Shown here: in pieces, positions 39,962 through 53,289 of the stretch
Layout of the letters: every line of letters starts with the position of its first letter
Position numbering within the stretch: the first letter of the stretch is position 1
The notes under the pieces: generated by a model
Seen by the model: only the letters and a program-made list of their open reading frames with translations
What the model was told of the DNA's origin: nothing
Databases searched by the model: none
Program-made: the position numbers and the translations under genes
Source: Hydrolagus colliei
Taxonomy: Eukaryota
DNA length: 64,000 nt
Direction of reading: 5' to 3'
Assembly: GCA_035084275.1 (NCBI GenBank)
Contig: CM068769.1
Span: 1,240,001-1,304,000 of the forward strand

Positions 39962-41555
39962 CTGAAAAAAAACTTGTTTTTCATAAGGCAAGGCAAAGAA
40001 TAACGTCTAATTCGAATGATACCAACTATTACCGAGTTTTCATGCTCGAATTGTCACAATGAGACGTTCCAAAATATACACAAAATACCAATGAATATAA
40101 AATCACATGAATTGCCTCCAATCGCCTTTTCTGGCGAACCTCATAGCTAATTGTGCTCAACAGTGTTCCATAAACAGTTCGAGAGTGAGCGCTCAAATTA
40201 TTGATATTATCAATAATTCTTGGAGAGAATATTCGAGCTGGAAGTTGAATACAGTTCGTAATTACTGATAGACTCACAAAGTGGTGTGTTGTTGTAATGC
40301 ATATTGTCCAACAATTAGCCCTGCCGTGAGTTACCCTTTGGTGCTTTCTTTTTCAATTGGAGTGCTCTAATTGCTACACTACCGAATATTATATAATAAT
40401 GATACTGGCATGTGATATAGTGCTTTTCACATCTTGTAATACAAAATCGCATGCACTGGGCATGTCAACACATACTTGCTGGCTATGTTGAGGATTGCTA
40501 TCAGTAACTGACAGTGACCTTTCATGCTGGCTGCTGATGTGAGGGCAGATAGTGGAATCTCTTCCTGTTTATATATCTGTTCGACTGCTTCAGTTACAAG
40601 TAGTGAGGCAGCGGCTGGTGTGATATGTGCAGGCAGTGGGTTATTCAATAATCTTGTAGGCGTTTCACACTAACCTGTTTATCTTTGCCTTAATCAGTTG
40701 ATGATTGGCTGCAAGTGATCCGGACTAGAATGGAGGGAATAGGGGTATCTTTCACGCACAATCAAAGGTTTACTTCCTTTAACGAAGTTGACAAACTGCC
40801 TGTGTTGCTGGTAGTATACCTAATGAGTCGGGAGGGTTTTGTTTCAGGTTTCAACACTGTGCAATGAGATGATGGTCTGGAGTGAAATTCTAAATCATGA
40901 CTGTGTCAATGCTACATTATCAAGGAAACTTAGATAGAGCCACAATTCGTGAATATTTCTGTGCGAGTCACTTTGTTCCAATTCCCATTGTATTTGTCTT
41001 CAAAGTGCAGACATATATTTTTTAAAATTATTCATACTGATCGCTTTATTTGCAACTCCGACATGAAGGCATGTTGTAATAGGCAGGGACTGTTATAACT
41101 TTTATCGCTTTGCAGTCCAGTTTGGAACTGAATCCAAGGCAGGAGTGCCCAAGCTAAGAAATAGCTTTACTTCTGCAAATTAAAATTAAAATTAAAAATT
41201 GTATTCACCTTCCCCCAAGTAACCAAAGAAAGTGCCCACATAGGCATTGAGAAAACCTAAGATGTTGAAGACCAGATTGAAAGCTACTCAATAGAGGTTG
41301 ATTTTTTCGGCGGAAAGACAATAAGATAGAAAACCTGTTACGCCAATTGATTTTGGAACGACAATAACATGATTCATATTTAGGCAAACGAACATTAGCA
41401 CTTTTCAGCTGCAGAGGCCATAGTGTGTATGAAGCTCCAACATAAACTGTAACAGGAAGCACCTGCAATAGCTGACAAGGAAGTTAGTTGTAACTGAAAG
41501 GAATGCGGCAAGTTATGTCAGTTGCAGCTCTTGTTAGATACTGTATGTGCTTAGT

Positions 41556-41569
41556 GCGCCATCTACTGG
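41556..41569 (-). promoter_or_regulatory. CTCF-like motif
   Basis: CCAGTAGATGGCGC on the minus strand; paralog of the 22409 site. Confidence 0.65.
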
Positions 41570-42237
41570 TGGATTGCAGGTACAGAACGTGCACAATTTG
41601 AAACATTTCATAGTAAATGGTTTCCAGCCAGGCTCAACATTCCCTTTCTGAATGGCGCTGTATAAACGCAAGATATTGAATTATTTACTTTTTCAAATGT
41701 TCTATAATCGACTAGAACAGCACAGAAAAACTTCTATATCGTAAATGTCTCCACCAAAGCCAAGATTAGTAAAGTTTTCTCTGTGACAATACCGTATTCA
41801 ATAAAAAGTATAAATATTCCTTTGATATACATTTGCCTTTGATATATCACCATATCATATGTTAGCGGTGCACCATAGCGCTTCATAGATTGTATTGTAA
41901 ACGCTTTGACATTTTATCGTGTGAGAGAAACGCGAAAGCCAAGTTTGCACATCAGAGATCCATTGGATTGAATGACCAATTTATTAATATCATCAATATT
42001 CTGAAGGAATTCTTACAGTCGGAATAGCGAGTCACTAATCCGCTAACAACATATTTCCGACTTACTGCCATGTAAATAGCCACATATATGTGGAGTAAGG
42101 AAACTTTCCCCACATTTCGCTCAGCCGTGAATTCATACGCTTGTGTCTTGCCTGTGAGGCGAGTGCTGTAACCACTGAGCTACAGGTCTCCACATGGTAG
42201 TTTTTGTAGGACGGTAGCGCTGATCTGTGTCTCTGTG

Positions 42238-43076
42238 AGGCTCAGTGCACAGTAATACACGGCCACGTCCGTGACTCTCACTTGGGATATATTTAATGGC
42301 ACGGTTCTCCCCACTTTATCCACTGTTGCTGAGAATTGTCCTTTGGCAACGTCAGCATATTCTGGTCTGTTGCTGGTGGCTGTGCTAAGGATATATTCTG
42401 GAGCTGAGTTGGGATAGTGACGGTACCAGAACAGATAAATACTGGTTGCACTTGGAGCTGTATAATTACACTGCAATATTGCATTCTCCCCATGATATGC
42501 TGTCACAGTAGATTGGAGCTGCGTCACAGCGTAGCCTTCACAATGTCCTAGAAATAGTATAAATAAGTACCAATAATAACGTAAATAAGAATGATACTAA
42601 TCGCAAATTTATTTATATTAGTAATCGTTACATTTGCTATAGCGCCTTCGCCCATATCCGCGATAGAAACAGCGCTTTGCAGAATATTAATTAAGCACAT
42701 TTTCTGGGCAGAACGTCAGAACAAATTGCGTGTATCAGTTTCCGCAAAAAGCTATTTAATCGATGGATTTATATACGATTACATGATTGGAATTAAATGC
42801 TTCAGAGACGCGAACAGTAAGTTTACTTACAGTAGGGCTCATATGTAAGACTACTGAAACATGGACGCGTGTGTGCCGCAAGCAAACTTGCCGGTAGATT
42901 CTCCCTACCTACTCACTGAGTTACAGGACGCTACCGTTTGTCAAGTCCTGTAGTTTATTGTTTAATTCATGCAATAAGAAAAAAATACGCATTGGATAAT
43001 ATGTGCAGGAATATATTGATAATGTTTGCGGCTTACCTACGAAGATAACGATGGCTGCTGCCAGGTAAATGCACAT
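42238..43076 (-). CDS. TRAV: V12: TCR alpha/delta V segment, family C, apparently intact
   Basis: Leader 43076-43037 (MCIYLAAAIVIFV); V exon 42547-42238 open; RSS CACAGAG-23-ACAAAAACT (42237-42199). Confidence 0.9.
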
Positions 43077-43819
43077 TGTGATATGTGCGTTTAGTGGTAT
43101 GTGTTGTTGAGGGAGCGTTGATGGTGGAGTTCCACACCGTTGGCTGGGAGGCAGTTGATGTGCTGTGGAGGGCTGAACAAGATATGACATGCAGAATTTG
43201 CCATAAGCTGTACATGAACACGCCTGAAGGTTATTCACAAAACTCATATCTCTGTCATTTTGCATCTTTCTCTCTGTTCTGCAATCTCGCTCCCCCATTG
43301 GTTCGTTTCCATCAATACGGTAAAGAGCTGATACGGGTCATTGAGAGGGTTCAGAGCCAATTGGCAGGAGAAACGTTACATCACCATTTTCTCAGATGTC
43401 TCTGACCTAGTTACTTGAAAGTTGCCTTCCTGCCCCATTTCCTCTTCAGGTTCTGGGTTACAGTCGTTTGCGTAAAAAACACAATTATTTTTTAGCACAA
43501 TTAATCGACAAAACTTGGTTTGTTTCCTATTTTACTAACCAGTATGTAAACATGTGACGAACACATCTCATGCTTGCTAGCGTACCAATCCAAATTTGAG
43601 TTGCAATATATATTATTGTGTTTGATGTAGCATCATATCGCATTTTCAAAACATCTCTAACCTCTTCAAAAAAAAGAACTGCCATGCCACTAAAATACAC
43701 GGCAGCCAATTGCACACAGCCTTGTCTAGCAAAACGTAATGGAGAGTCATCCATTTCGTTGTTGGTGTATTGACCCAGGAAAGAATGTCGGCCAGTCATT
43801 TATGAGCCGGTTTCCTACA

Positions 43820-44168
43820 TAATAATGATAATAATAATCATAGTAAACCTTGCATTTGATATTTCCACATCTGATCAACGTCCCAAAGCGCTTCACAGAA
43901 TACTCTGGGAAGAGAATTGACTGTATATATTTGCGGGCGAATCTCAGCAGCCAATTGCGCACAGCAGTGTCCCACACACAGTCGTCGATTGAAATGACCA
44001 ATTTTTGATTATTGTTGTTTTTTTGGAGGGATTATTATTAGGCGTGTGGAATAAGGAATCTTGCCCAAGATTTCGCCCTGACCTGCCTGGATTCGAACAC
44101 AGGTCTCCCCAGCTTGGTTTCCTCAGCTTGAAAAACAAGTTATCTAACCACTGAGCCACAGGAGCTCT
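43820..44168 (-). mobile_element. Near full-length tRNA-derived SINE with L2-type tail, block B only
   Basis: A box TGGCTCAGTGG, B box GTTCGAATCC, AAGCGCTTTGGGACG tail; absent from the paralogous site near 24700. Confidence 0.8.
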
Positions 44169-44568
44169 GCATTAGTGTAATAATAAACCTTGCATTCTAA
44201 ATTGTGCCTGATTCATTATTCAGAGTTCTGCTGTGAAGTGAACTGAACTGAAAAGTTTCGATAATTTCAGCAGGCAATGTGTGCATAGCAGAGTCTCACA
44301 AACAGTCGTGGATTGAAGTGAACACTTGTCTTTTTCAAAAGGAATTATGACCCTCAGGAAAGCGTTCCATCGATCAACGGTGAACCAGATATCTACAAAC
44401 TACTACTATTCACAGAGGCGTGTGGAGTAAGGAAAATCGCCCAATATTTTGTCCAGCCAAGAATGGAACCGCAGCTCTACTTGTTTGCCAAATGAGATAT
44501 TTACACGATCTAATACAGGTTTCTCATCCTGTTTTTGTACAGGCTCCTCTGAGACACGCAGCACTGTG

Positions 44569-45025
44569 CTCGTTGCACAGACGTAAGTGGCGGTGTCTGT
44601 CACACGCACATCTTTGAATGAAAAAGTGCTTTTTTTCACGTTTGTGTCAGCCAAGGCACTTATCCTTGCCCCTTCCTTCATCTCTCTGGTTCCCATCACC
44701 AAGTACTGGATGGAAACATTTCCATACTGTTTGTATCAATGGAATACGTCGACAACGCCAGTGGTGTTGCAATCCATAGATACATTTCCATTTTCATTCC
44801 CTTTCAGTGCCTGAGGTCTCTGTGACAATTCGCTTTCAGCCAAGACCCCTAGGGAATAGAAATCAATAAACTTTGAAAGAAATTCAAGTAGTATCAGAAA
44901 AGCTAATTTGTACTTATTCGGCAGTGAAACGTGAAGCTCGTGTTGTTCAAACACATAAACCCACTTACACAAAAAAAAACGAAGAAATTAATAACAGCGT
45001 ATGTTGCAGTGAAATTCTCCATCAT
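44569..45025 (-). pseudogene. TRAV: V13: TCR alpha/delta V pseudogene, family A
   Basis: V exon 44848-44569 with Trp>TGA (44738-44736); leader 45025-44969 is 1 nt short in a T9 run; RSS CACAGTG-23-ACAAAAACA (44568-44530). Confidence 0.9.
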
Positions 45026-46828
45026 TCTCACAACGGCTTCGACTCACGACGAAGTGATTGTTCCAAGTGCAACAATAAATCAGCTACAATCCTGCTCCTC
45101 AATTATGCATGTGGATTCATTCGTGGAGTCGACAATGAGCCCTGCGCCAGTAGCTTGTCTGAGTTCATTGATAGAGACATTTTGCGACTCCCACTATCAC
45201 TTTCCATTGTGTTCAAACTAACTCCGCCTACCCTTAACTTCTTCCCTTGCCACCTTCAAGGCACATCTCAATACTGTCCTCTTCGAGTTGTCCGCGGGTA
45301 ACCAAGTTGTTCTACCTGCCTTTCTTCCTTCCCAATGTTGGGAACATCTCTTGCCCAAATGCTAGACTGTCCAGCAACTTGCGATGTCTTCCTGAGGTGA
45401 AATTCACGATACAAAGTTAGATTTGCGTTATATTGCAAAGGTAAAGTTATTCATTTAAATCCACAACAAAATATTTTTTAAATGGAATATCAACTTAGGT
45501 CTAAGTTTAAGATAGGACTTTGTGTTTTTTTTAACAAAAACTTGTTTTTTGTGCCTTCCACAACAGTTTCCCAGAAACAGAAAGGAATAAATTGAACTGA
45601 GCAGTTTTACCTATATCATCATCTCTTCTGTGAAAGTGACATTAGGCGTTTACCATCCACCTGATGGACAGAAACCGCCTCTGTTTGAACTCTAGCCGTG
45701 GGACGTCCCCCACGACATGAAAGTCGCTCTATAAATGCAATGTTGTTGTAGTTTGATGATGTAGTACCTGACGAAAGGCATATCCAAATAATTAGGCTCG
45801 TTAGTGGCAATAATTTGGTCTGTTTACCTTAAATGCTATGAGTTCCAATTCCTTAATCAGGGTTTGAACCCACAATCATCTGATTCAGAGGCAAATATAT
45901 TGACAATGGAGCAAGAATGATAGTTTCAATCAGCGACTCTTACCTTCACGTTAAATTAATCCTAATCTGTGTACACAGATTAGCTAATCTGTGTACACAG
46001 ATTAGCATTATACTGTCTACACGTCATCTGTATTAGAGAATAAATTTCTGCAACATTGAGTAAAAGAGTCTGTGTAGATATATCTATTTACAAAGACTCC
46101 ATTTTCGGTAAATAATGTCATAACGATGGGAATACTAACGTTGGATTTTTCGCCTGATCATGTCTTCTTGGCGACTCGAAGTACTTCACTGATTATAAAC
46201 TAGAGGGAGTTTCCCATATATCTTGAGGGCAAAATCTGCAAGAACATTGTGCACATCAGTCTACGACAAACAGTATATTTGGATGAAAGGCCCCTTTGTT
46301 CTTATTTATTATTTTTGAACAAACTGTTACCCCCAGTAAAGCGATTCAGCAATCCAATGACGCTAAGTTTCCTATTTGTTGCTGGAGTAACTAAGGGGTC
46401 AATGATTTAATATTCGGCGTCAGCCTATTCGCACAGAGATAAGGACACACTTCTTCACTCACACGGAAGTGAATTTATGGAACACTTGATACCGCCACCA
46501 AAAAAAACAAGATGTAGATGCTGAGTCCTTCAGCATATTCGATACTGAAATTGATAGATTTTTTTAATGCATAAAGAGATTAAGCGATCCGGGTTTAAAT
46601 CGGGAGCAGGTGGAGTTAGATGGGAGATCATCTATAATCCTTTAAATGGACGAGCGGGCTCGAGGGGCCGAATGGCGTATTCCTGCTCCTTATTTTCATG
46701 TTCTTGTATTTCAAACTGTATAAAAGCTGCTTATATTTTTCTTGCAGCAATGATGCCCCTTCGCGGTTTAGCAGGAAAATAACCAGTTGATGTTTTTGTC
46801 CGGAACCCCATTACACAGCAGCAGTGCC

Positions 46829-47132
46829 GGCTCCATGGCACAGTAATACACAGCAATGTCCCTGATTAGCACTGTGCCAATCCTCAGTTCGAAATGTTCA
46901 CTCGATTTATTGGCAGTGGAGGAAAATCGAGCTGGGAAGTCAGGGTTCCTGTGAATGTTAGTTGCCGTCCCCCGAAATGCATACACAGGAGCGTGGCTGG
47001 AAGCTTGTCTGTACCAGAAGAGAGCATACGCATCAATGATTTTTTTCAAGCTGCAGGACAATTTCACATCTTATACCTCTAGAATAGATATTTCAGTGAT
47101 CGATTATTTCCCCATTTCCTGCAGGCTGCTTC
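46829..47132 (-). pseudogene. TRAV: V14: TCR alpha/delta V pseudogene, family D
   Basis: V exon 47132-46829 with TAA at 47106-47104 and 47073-47071; RSS GGCACTG-22-ACAAAAACA (46828-46791). Confidence 0.88.
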
Positions 47133-48603
47133 CTGTGATTGAAATCGACAAGATTATTGAGGAGCAAGTTTGTATTACATAGGGATCCTGCTGCTCGATG
47201 GTTAAAACACAAGCCACAAAAGAGATTAGAGCCAGATTCGAATCCTTGGCAGTGCAACACCTCAGCTAAACTTATTTAATCCTCATGTCTCTGTTAACCT
47301 ATTAGTAACTAGAAATCGAGGTGTTAGTGGATTGCTTCTCTGGAGCTAATCATCCATATATGTAAATCTATAGAACTAATAATATTAATATAAATAAAAT
47401 TTGTAGTAATAATATTAATTTCGTCACTGAATCCGTGAAGGTTTTTGGGGCACTGTTGAGCGAAATTGCCTGTCACGTTGCACCCCGAGAATTCATTGTC
47501 AATTCGCTTTACAGTACTTTGTGGTGCGCCTCGAGACGTCTAAAAGTAGTGATGAAGCATTTTGTGAATCCCAATTATCATAGTTATTATTAGTATTTTG
47601 TTCTACTAAAGACACTAAAGCAAATGTTGATCTAATAAAGCAGATATTTAGGCAAGATAGTAAAGGTATAAGAAGGCTACGAACGAGAAAGTATGCTGAG
47701 AGTTATTGAGAGCACAGCGCACTTCCCCCACAGGAGCATCTTAATCCTATGTCTGACATTAACTCTCCAACATGTGGCTGTTTGTATAGTGAATGTGGAT
47801 GAATTGTAGAGACATTCACGCACTGCCCTGCGCACATGGAAACACGCCCACATTGACAACGCTCCGCCCACACACTGCCCCGCACACACAATGCGCCGCC
47901 CACACAGAGCATCGCCCAGACAGAGCCCCGCCCAAATACAGCCTCTCCCACACGGTGCCGAACCCACATGTTGCCTTGCCCACAAAGTGCCCCGGCCACA
48001 GAGAGCCCCGCCCAAAAAGGGGCCCCGCCCATTCATTCTCAGTCATTTGCAAAGAAAGCTCCTCCCACAGAAGTGAGTTGGACACCACCTCAACCCTCCT
48101 CCTCCTCCTCCTACTCCTCCTCCTCGCAGGTCATATTCTGCTTCGGTGTGAAGCGTCTTGTTCATCTGCGTCTTACACAGGGACACTCGTGGTCACTCGA
48201 TCATGGAAACCTGGATTAGGGCTAAAGTTGCAGTTTCTCAGGAATATAGAAGTGTTAAAGTTAATTTCATACAAAACTTTAAAGTTTTTTATTTGCCGCT
48301 AACTACTACAGCCAATAACGCACATTTGCATCCCACAAGTGGCTTAGATCGGAGATGAACAGCTTCATCAAAGCAATTCTTATCCCCAGAATAGCGATTC
48401 ATTCAATCGATCAAAAACCGGGCTCCTCCATATCTGAATGCAAATAGATGTGTGTGGAGTAAGGAAGGCGGGTTGCTGAGTGTTTCACCCTGCGGCGATT
48501 CCAACTCAGGTTCTCTTGTTTCCAAAGCAGGTGCACTAACCATTGAGCCGCAATAACCCCAGCATGTTTTTGTACAGGCCCTTCGTAAACACACATCACT
48601 GTG

Positions 48604-49026
48604 CTCTCCGCACAGAAGTAAGTGGCAGAATCAGACACTCTCAAGTCTCGGATCGATAACGTGCTATTTATTCCAACAGTCAAAGCATTTATCCTCTCCT
48701 TTGGCTTCGTCTCTCTTGATCCCAACACTAGTAATTGGATGGAGCCGTTTGCATACTGTTTGTACCATTGAAAGGTTGGGCCGCTCGCTCTGGTGCTGCA
48801 CTCTATAGATGCATTTCGTTTTTCAGTCTCTGTCATGGACAGTGGTCTTTGTGTCACTTGGTTGTCAGCAAACACACCTGGGGGATCAGACGTGGACATT
48901 CTAGCAAGGAAACTTTGAAAAAATCTGCAACAAAAATGTAATTAATAGGAAAACGAGAATGTGTTTGTCCAAACTGGGACTCTACTTACAGAAGATCAGA
49001 ATCATTAAATTAATAATAATATGCAT
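48604..49026 (-). CDS. TRAV: V15: TCR alpha/delta V segment, family A, intact
   Basis: Leader 49026-48990 (MHIIINLMILIF); V exon 48877-48604 open (IEC...FQWYKQ...TYFCAE); RSS CACAGTG-23-ACAAAAACA (48603-48565). Confidence 0.92.
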
Positions 49027-49675
49027 TGCGGTGTAACATAGCTTCATTCTTAATCCCCGATGAGTCAAGTCAAAATCTGTCAGGGAACTTCAACGGGAAA
49101 TCATCCAAAGCCTGTCAAGCGTTTATGAATGTTTGTCGAATGCTTTTAGCTGTGCAGATTATAACTATATTCTGGGTGACGGCTTCACTGACATCTAACT
49201 TCCGGTATGTTGGCTTGTGCTATATTCATTCGTTAATCGACTATCATTAGGGTTCACACTTACAGCTGGTAAAACAGAGGCATGTCTGTGGATGACGAAA
49301 ACGCACCCAATGGTCCTACCTGCTCGAAAGTTGACACACGTCTTCTTAAGAAGCAAGAGTTCCAACCATTAAAGTAAAGCATATCTCCTTGATTGATTCC
49401 AAGCTAGCAGGGCAATAGACTGTAGGGCAATAGACAGCTGGACAACTGAAGTGGAGGAGTTGTGAAGAATCGAAAGTTTGGGCTGATCTCCTCTGCATAA
49501 GTTATGCCGATGAGCCAGGCCGGGCCGTGTTGTTATCAGCAGTGGGATCCACTGGGAAGAATTCTGACAATGTTTTACCAACCTACAGATCGAATTTGCT
49601 TATAGAGGTTCTTCTCTGCTAAATGAGGACAAGCGATTTTACTCTGAACATAGTGAGAAGTTACACAGTGTTTCG

Positions 49676-49689
49676 CCGCCATCTGGCGG
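49676..49689 (-). promoter_or_regulatory. CTCF-like motif
   Basis: CCGCCAGATGGCGG on the minus strand. Confidence 0.6.
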
Positions 49690-50045
49690 TAGTAAACTGG
49701 TACTGCACATTATTATCGTTAATTTGAACACAAAAAGGAGGCCATTCGGCCCATTGACTGGGTGCCGGCTTTTTGAAAAGTGCAATTCAATCCCATTCAC
49801 CTGTTCTCTCCCCACAACCGCGCAATCCCGTACCCCACAAAAAATGTATACCTGATAGATCTTGATCAGAAATCAGACCTCAGAATGTCGCAGGTGGTTT
49901 GGGAGTGTAGGACGCGGGTTCGATGGGAGTTACGAAGGATTCTGACAATGTGCTACCAAGCTGCAGATCATGTCTGGTCAAACTTTCTCATCTCAGCTCA
50001 AGGAGAACAAGGGATTGTACTTGTGGGCAGTTGCAAACCGCATCG

Positions 50046-50059
50046 CCACCATCTGGCGG
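50046..50059 (-). promoter_or_regulatory. CTCF-like motif
   Basis: CCGCCAGATGGTGG on the minus strand. Confidence 0.55.
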
Positions 50060-51168
50060 TAGTAATGCAGTACTGCAGAATTGTTATCGTTAATTGAACA
50101 AACAATAACTGCACAAAATCAACAGGGGAGATGAAGAAAAAGGGAATTCGGTACTCGGCTTTAAGTCTCACTAAAATTTGACAGTATTAAACTGACCTGA
50201 GGTGCAAAGCAATAATATTTATCATTGCATTTCATATAACTGTTTCCACGTTCTGCAGATATCTTGTGCGAAGCTCAAGTAATTTACTATCAAGTGAATT
50301 AACCGTACATTTGTGGTGTAATCTGGCAGAGAATTGAACATAGCAGAATACCACAAAGGTTCTTGGATGGAAGTGACCAATTCATTTGTTTTTTTATAAC
50401 GAATACAAGTAATGTCCTGGAATTCAATTGGGAAACGATTAATTAGATAAACATGTGATAGGTAATGCAGATTGATTGGATCTTTACAATAGAACACTGA
50501 GGAGAAACTAAAAACGTGATCCTACGTAATCGGTGATGACGAAACCCATATTGTTTGCGTTTTGTTCATGAAAAATGAATAAAATCTGAATTGAATACAC
50601 TTGGAGCTGCAATACCGCATTCAGCCACTGGCCAGTTCTTGTTTTGTGAACATAAGGAGTGAATACAGTGAAACACCTCCCACGAAATACGCAGACAAAA
50701 AGCTATTGAGTTCAAACTGCCTATCGTGTTTGCCTGCACAATACTGAGACTTAAGTTTATGTTAAATTAACATTAAATTCATTTGCTACCGCATCATTTT
50801 TTATTCTTAATGACTATAGTAAGTATTATTTTTATTATCATCATTAGCTGCAACGTGGACATCGCTGCAGAAAAGGCCAGGTTAAACATTACAGTATTAT
50901 TATTATCAAAAATATTATTCATATCGCTATCCTGCTGTACTTTGAATTTCATACAGCGCAATATTCATTTGGTTACCTTTCTCCCCCTGTTCCAGGCTCG
51001 GACTCGGTCTCGGGATCAGTTATTGTGAAGCGCTATGAGACGACGTCCGTCGTGGAGGGCGCTATCTAAATCGAAGTTATTGTTGTTACCTCTTACAGAT
51101 GCTAAGGAAGTTACCTGTATACAGCGACGTTGGCAAATTGCTTCATTTATAGTTGACGTGTCAATACT

Positions 51169-51182
51169 TCGCCATCTGGTGG
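51169..51182 (-). promoter_or_regulatory. CTCF-like motif
   Basis: CCACCAGATGGCGA on the minus strand. Confidence 0.65.
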
Positions 51183-51684
51183 TGGGTTACAGCTACAACA
51201 CGTCTTTAATTGGTGATATTTGACAGCGAACTGCTTTCGGGCTCGCTTTTCCATCCCCTTTGATGAATCACGTTGTGTTGTTATTATGTTTTCCTACATA
51301 CTAGAACACACATGCGTGTAACAGGACTCCCATGAATCAGGACCGTTGACCTTATTTATGTGAGAATAACAGTATTGTACTGAACATTTATAATCCTTGC
51401 GTTTTAAATTGTTCCATATCCCCAGTTTGATTTCTAGTGGCCTCAAATCGCTTTCAGAAGAATGTATTATCAATGAATTGTCTTCCGCACTTCAGAGTTC
51501 CTTCGCTTTGAGTGACTGATTTATTGTTGGCAACAGTACTAATTTTGAACAAGTGTTATTATTGTTGAAGCGTGTATTGTCCCAGTAAACTGATATGTCA
51601 AGTGACTACCAAGTGTGTTGCTTAGAGTTTAAATAGAGGCGTTTGCGTTAAGGAAAGAATGTTTTTCTCTGCTATGACTGACCC

Positions 51685-51787
51685 CAGGTGACGATTCTGG
51701 TGAAATTACACTGCAGATGCATATCATCGCCTTCGTCCATTGCCACAGTTGATTGGGGCTGTGTTACACTATCTCCTCCAGACTGCC
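51685..51787 (-). pseudogene. TRAV: V16: FR1-only V remnant, family C
   Basis: TTTCCAG acceptor, then GQSGGDSVTQPQSTVAMDEGDDMHLQCNFT, similar to the start of V9; rest of V and the leader are missing. Confidence 0.8.
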
Positions 51788-52048
51788 CTGGAAACGAGAC
51801 ACACCTGAACGTTCAGCAAAATAAGAACAGTAATAATATTTGAACATGAGTATGTGGCATCTCACTTCTTCTAGACCACTCAAACTCGCGGTTCAGTAAA
51901 TACAACAATGAGTTGTTTTTACTTTCTTTCCTTTCCTTAACGCCTCTATTTAAACTCTAAGCAACACACTTGGTAACTAAACTTGACTCACGTATCACCT
52001 TGTTTGTCCCGTGAATCGAACCCGGATACTCTCGCTCGTGAGGCTAGC

Positions 52049-52454
52049 TGTTAGATTCAGAAGAAATGGGAGTTTTCTCAAAGAAACGATCGTCGGTCAT
52101 CACAGAGTTTTATGATTTTTTAGTCAGTACTACATCCCAGTTATAGTACAGGCACTCCTCTTGTGATTCGAACAGTTACTTGTTAGTTCGAACAGTTGAA
52201 TCTTGGAGGACAGCCAGCACATATATACTCAGTTCGCTTTCTTTGTCCTACAGGACCCAATCAGTTAAAACAGTCTTGCCCAACCAACATGCCCATATTA
52301 GGAGCGTTATCTAATGGTCACACACACTTGCTATGTTTCTACAATACACATTATCTGGTCACAAGCTTCTGATCTGGTCTAAATCAGTCTAGACTGCCAT
52401 GTAAACACAAACGTATTGTTACAGACTCACACCCAAAACTGCTACATTCCCACA
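52049..52454 (-). repeat. ERV 3' LTR
   Basis: Starts TGTGGGAATG just after the PPT and ends TAACA. Confidence 0.9.
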
Positions 52455-52459
52455 ATTCC

Positions 52460-52919
52460 CCCTTTTGTGACTCTGTCACAACAATCTAAACATAATACTG
52501 TTACGATAAAGGGGGAAGTGCTTGGTGAAGTATCCTTATAGTCGGGGTGATACCAATGCCGAAAACTGAGTCGAGGATTAACCAGCTGATTCCAGCTGTT
52601 TGGGCAAAACTGGCCCATTCGTGTCCATTTCCAATTCAGTAACATTACCAATATTGTTATGAGACAATAACCACTGTAACATCATTGTGACATTAAAAGG
52701 AACAACCCTTATTGGAAAACCTTCCTTTGTACTATGGGGAATCGTAGTACAAACCCAACATTTTGTACGATTTGTGGCAATGGTGGTTTTAAGTGTCATT
52801 AACAAATAGGTATTAACTGCCGCATTGTGCTTAACGTTAGCGTGGGATTCTCCCTGTTGGGACGTGGTTACCGTTACCATCCCTATGCATATTGACAGAA
52901 ATGAAACTATTCTAAACAT
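52460..52919 (-). pseudogene. env: ERV env remnant (signal peptide plus SU N-terminus)
   Basis: [17 protein letters not shown]...[12 protein letters not shown]; CWVC is typical of gamma-type SU; only about 460 nt separate the ATG from the PPT. Confidence 0.75.
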
Positions 52920-52974
52920 GTTTTTAAAAAAGCTTATAAACACACAGTGCTTAAACAATAAAAGTTCGTAAACA

Positions 52975-53140
52975 GAGTAGCGTTTCACATGTGACGCGTG
53001 AATCCAAGCCTTCTTTCCTTCCACTTTTACTGCAGCAGGAGTTGTCAGCAACACCATGTAGGGACCTTCCCACTTAGCTCCTAACGGATTTTTATGTATC
53101 TTCTTGATATACACCCGTTCTCCCGGGACCAAATCGTGTC
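52975..53140 (-). pseudogene. pol: ERV integrase C-terminal fragment
   Basis: [11 protein letters not shown]...[32 protein letters not shown], the class I IN C-terminal motif. Confidence 0.9.
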
Positions 53141-53289
53141 CTCCCTTTGGTGAATCTCCCCAAGCCGTCGACCCCTGTCGAGAAGCAGGACCTACGGTAT
53201 TTGTTAATTTCTTCAGCGGCATTCAACAGCGCTCGCTGCATTCGAGAGGAAAGACTTTCAAAACACTCCCGATTTGATCGAGGTTGATG

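Larger units (their letters stand above)
38270..50696. repeat. Segmental duplication block B, paralog of 17950-31058
   Basis: See block A; homology ends at 50696. Confidence 0.9.
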
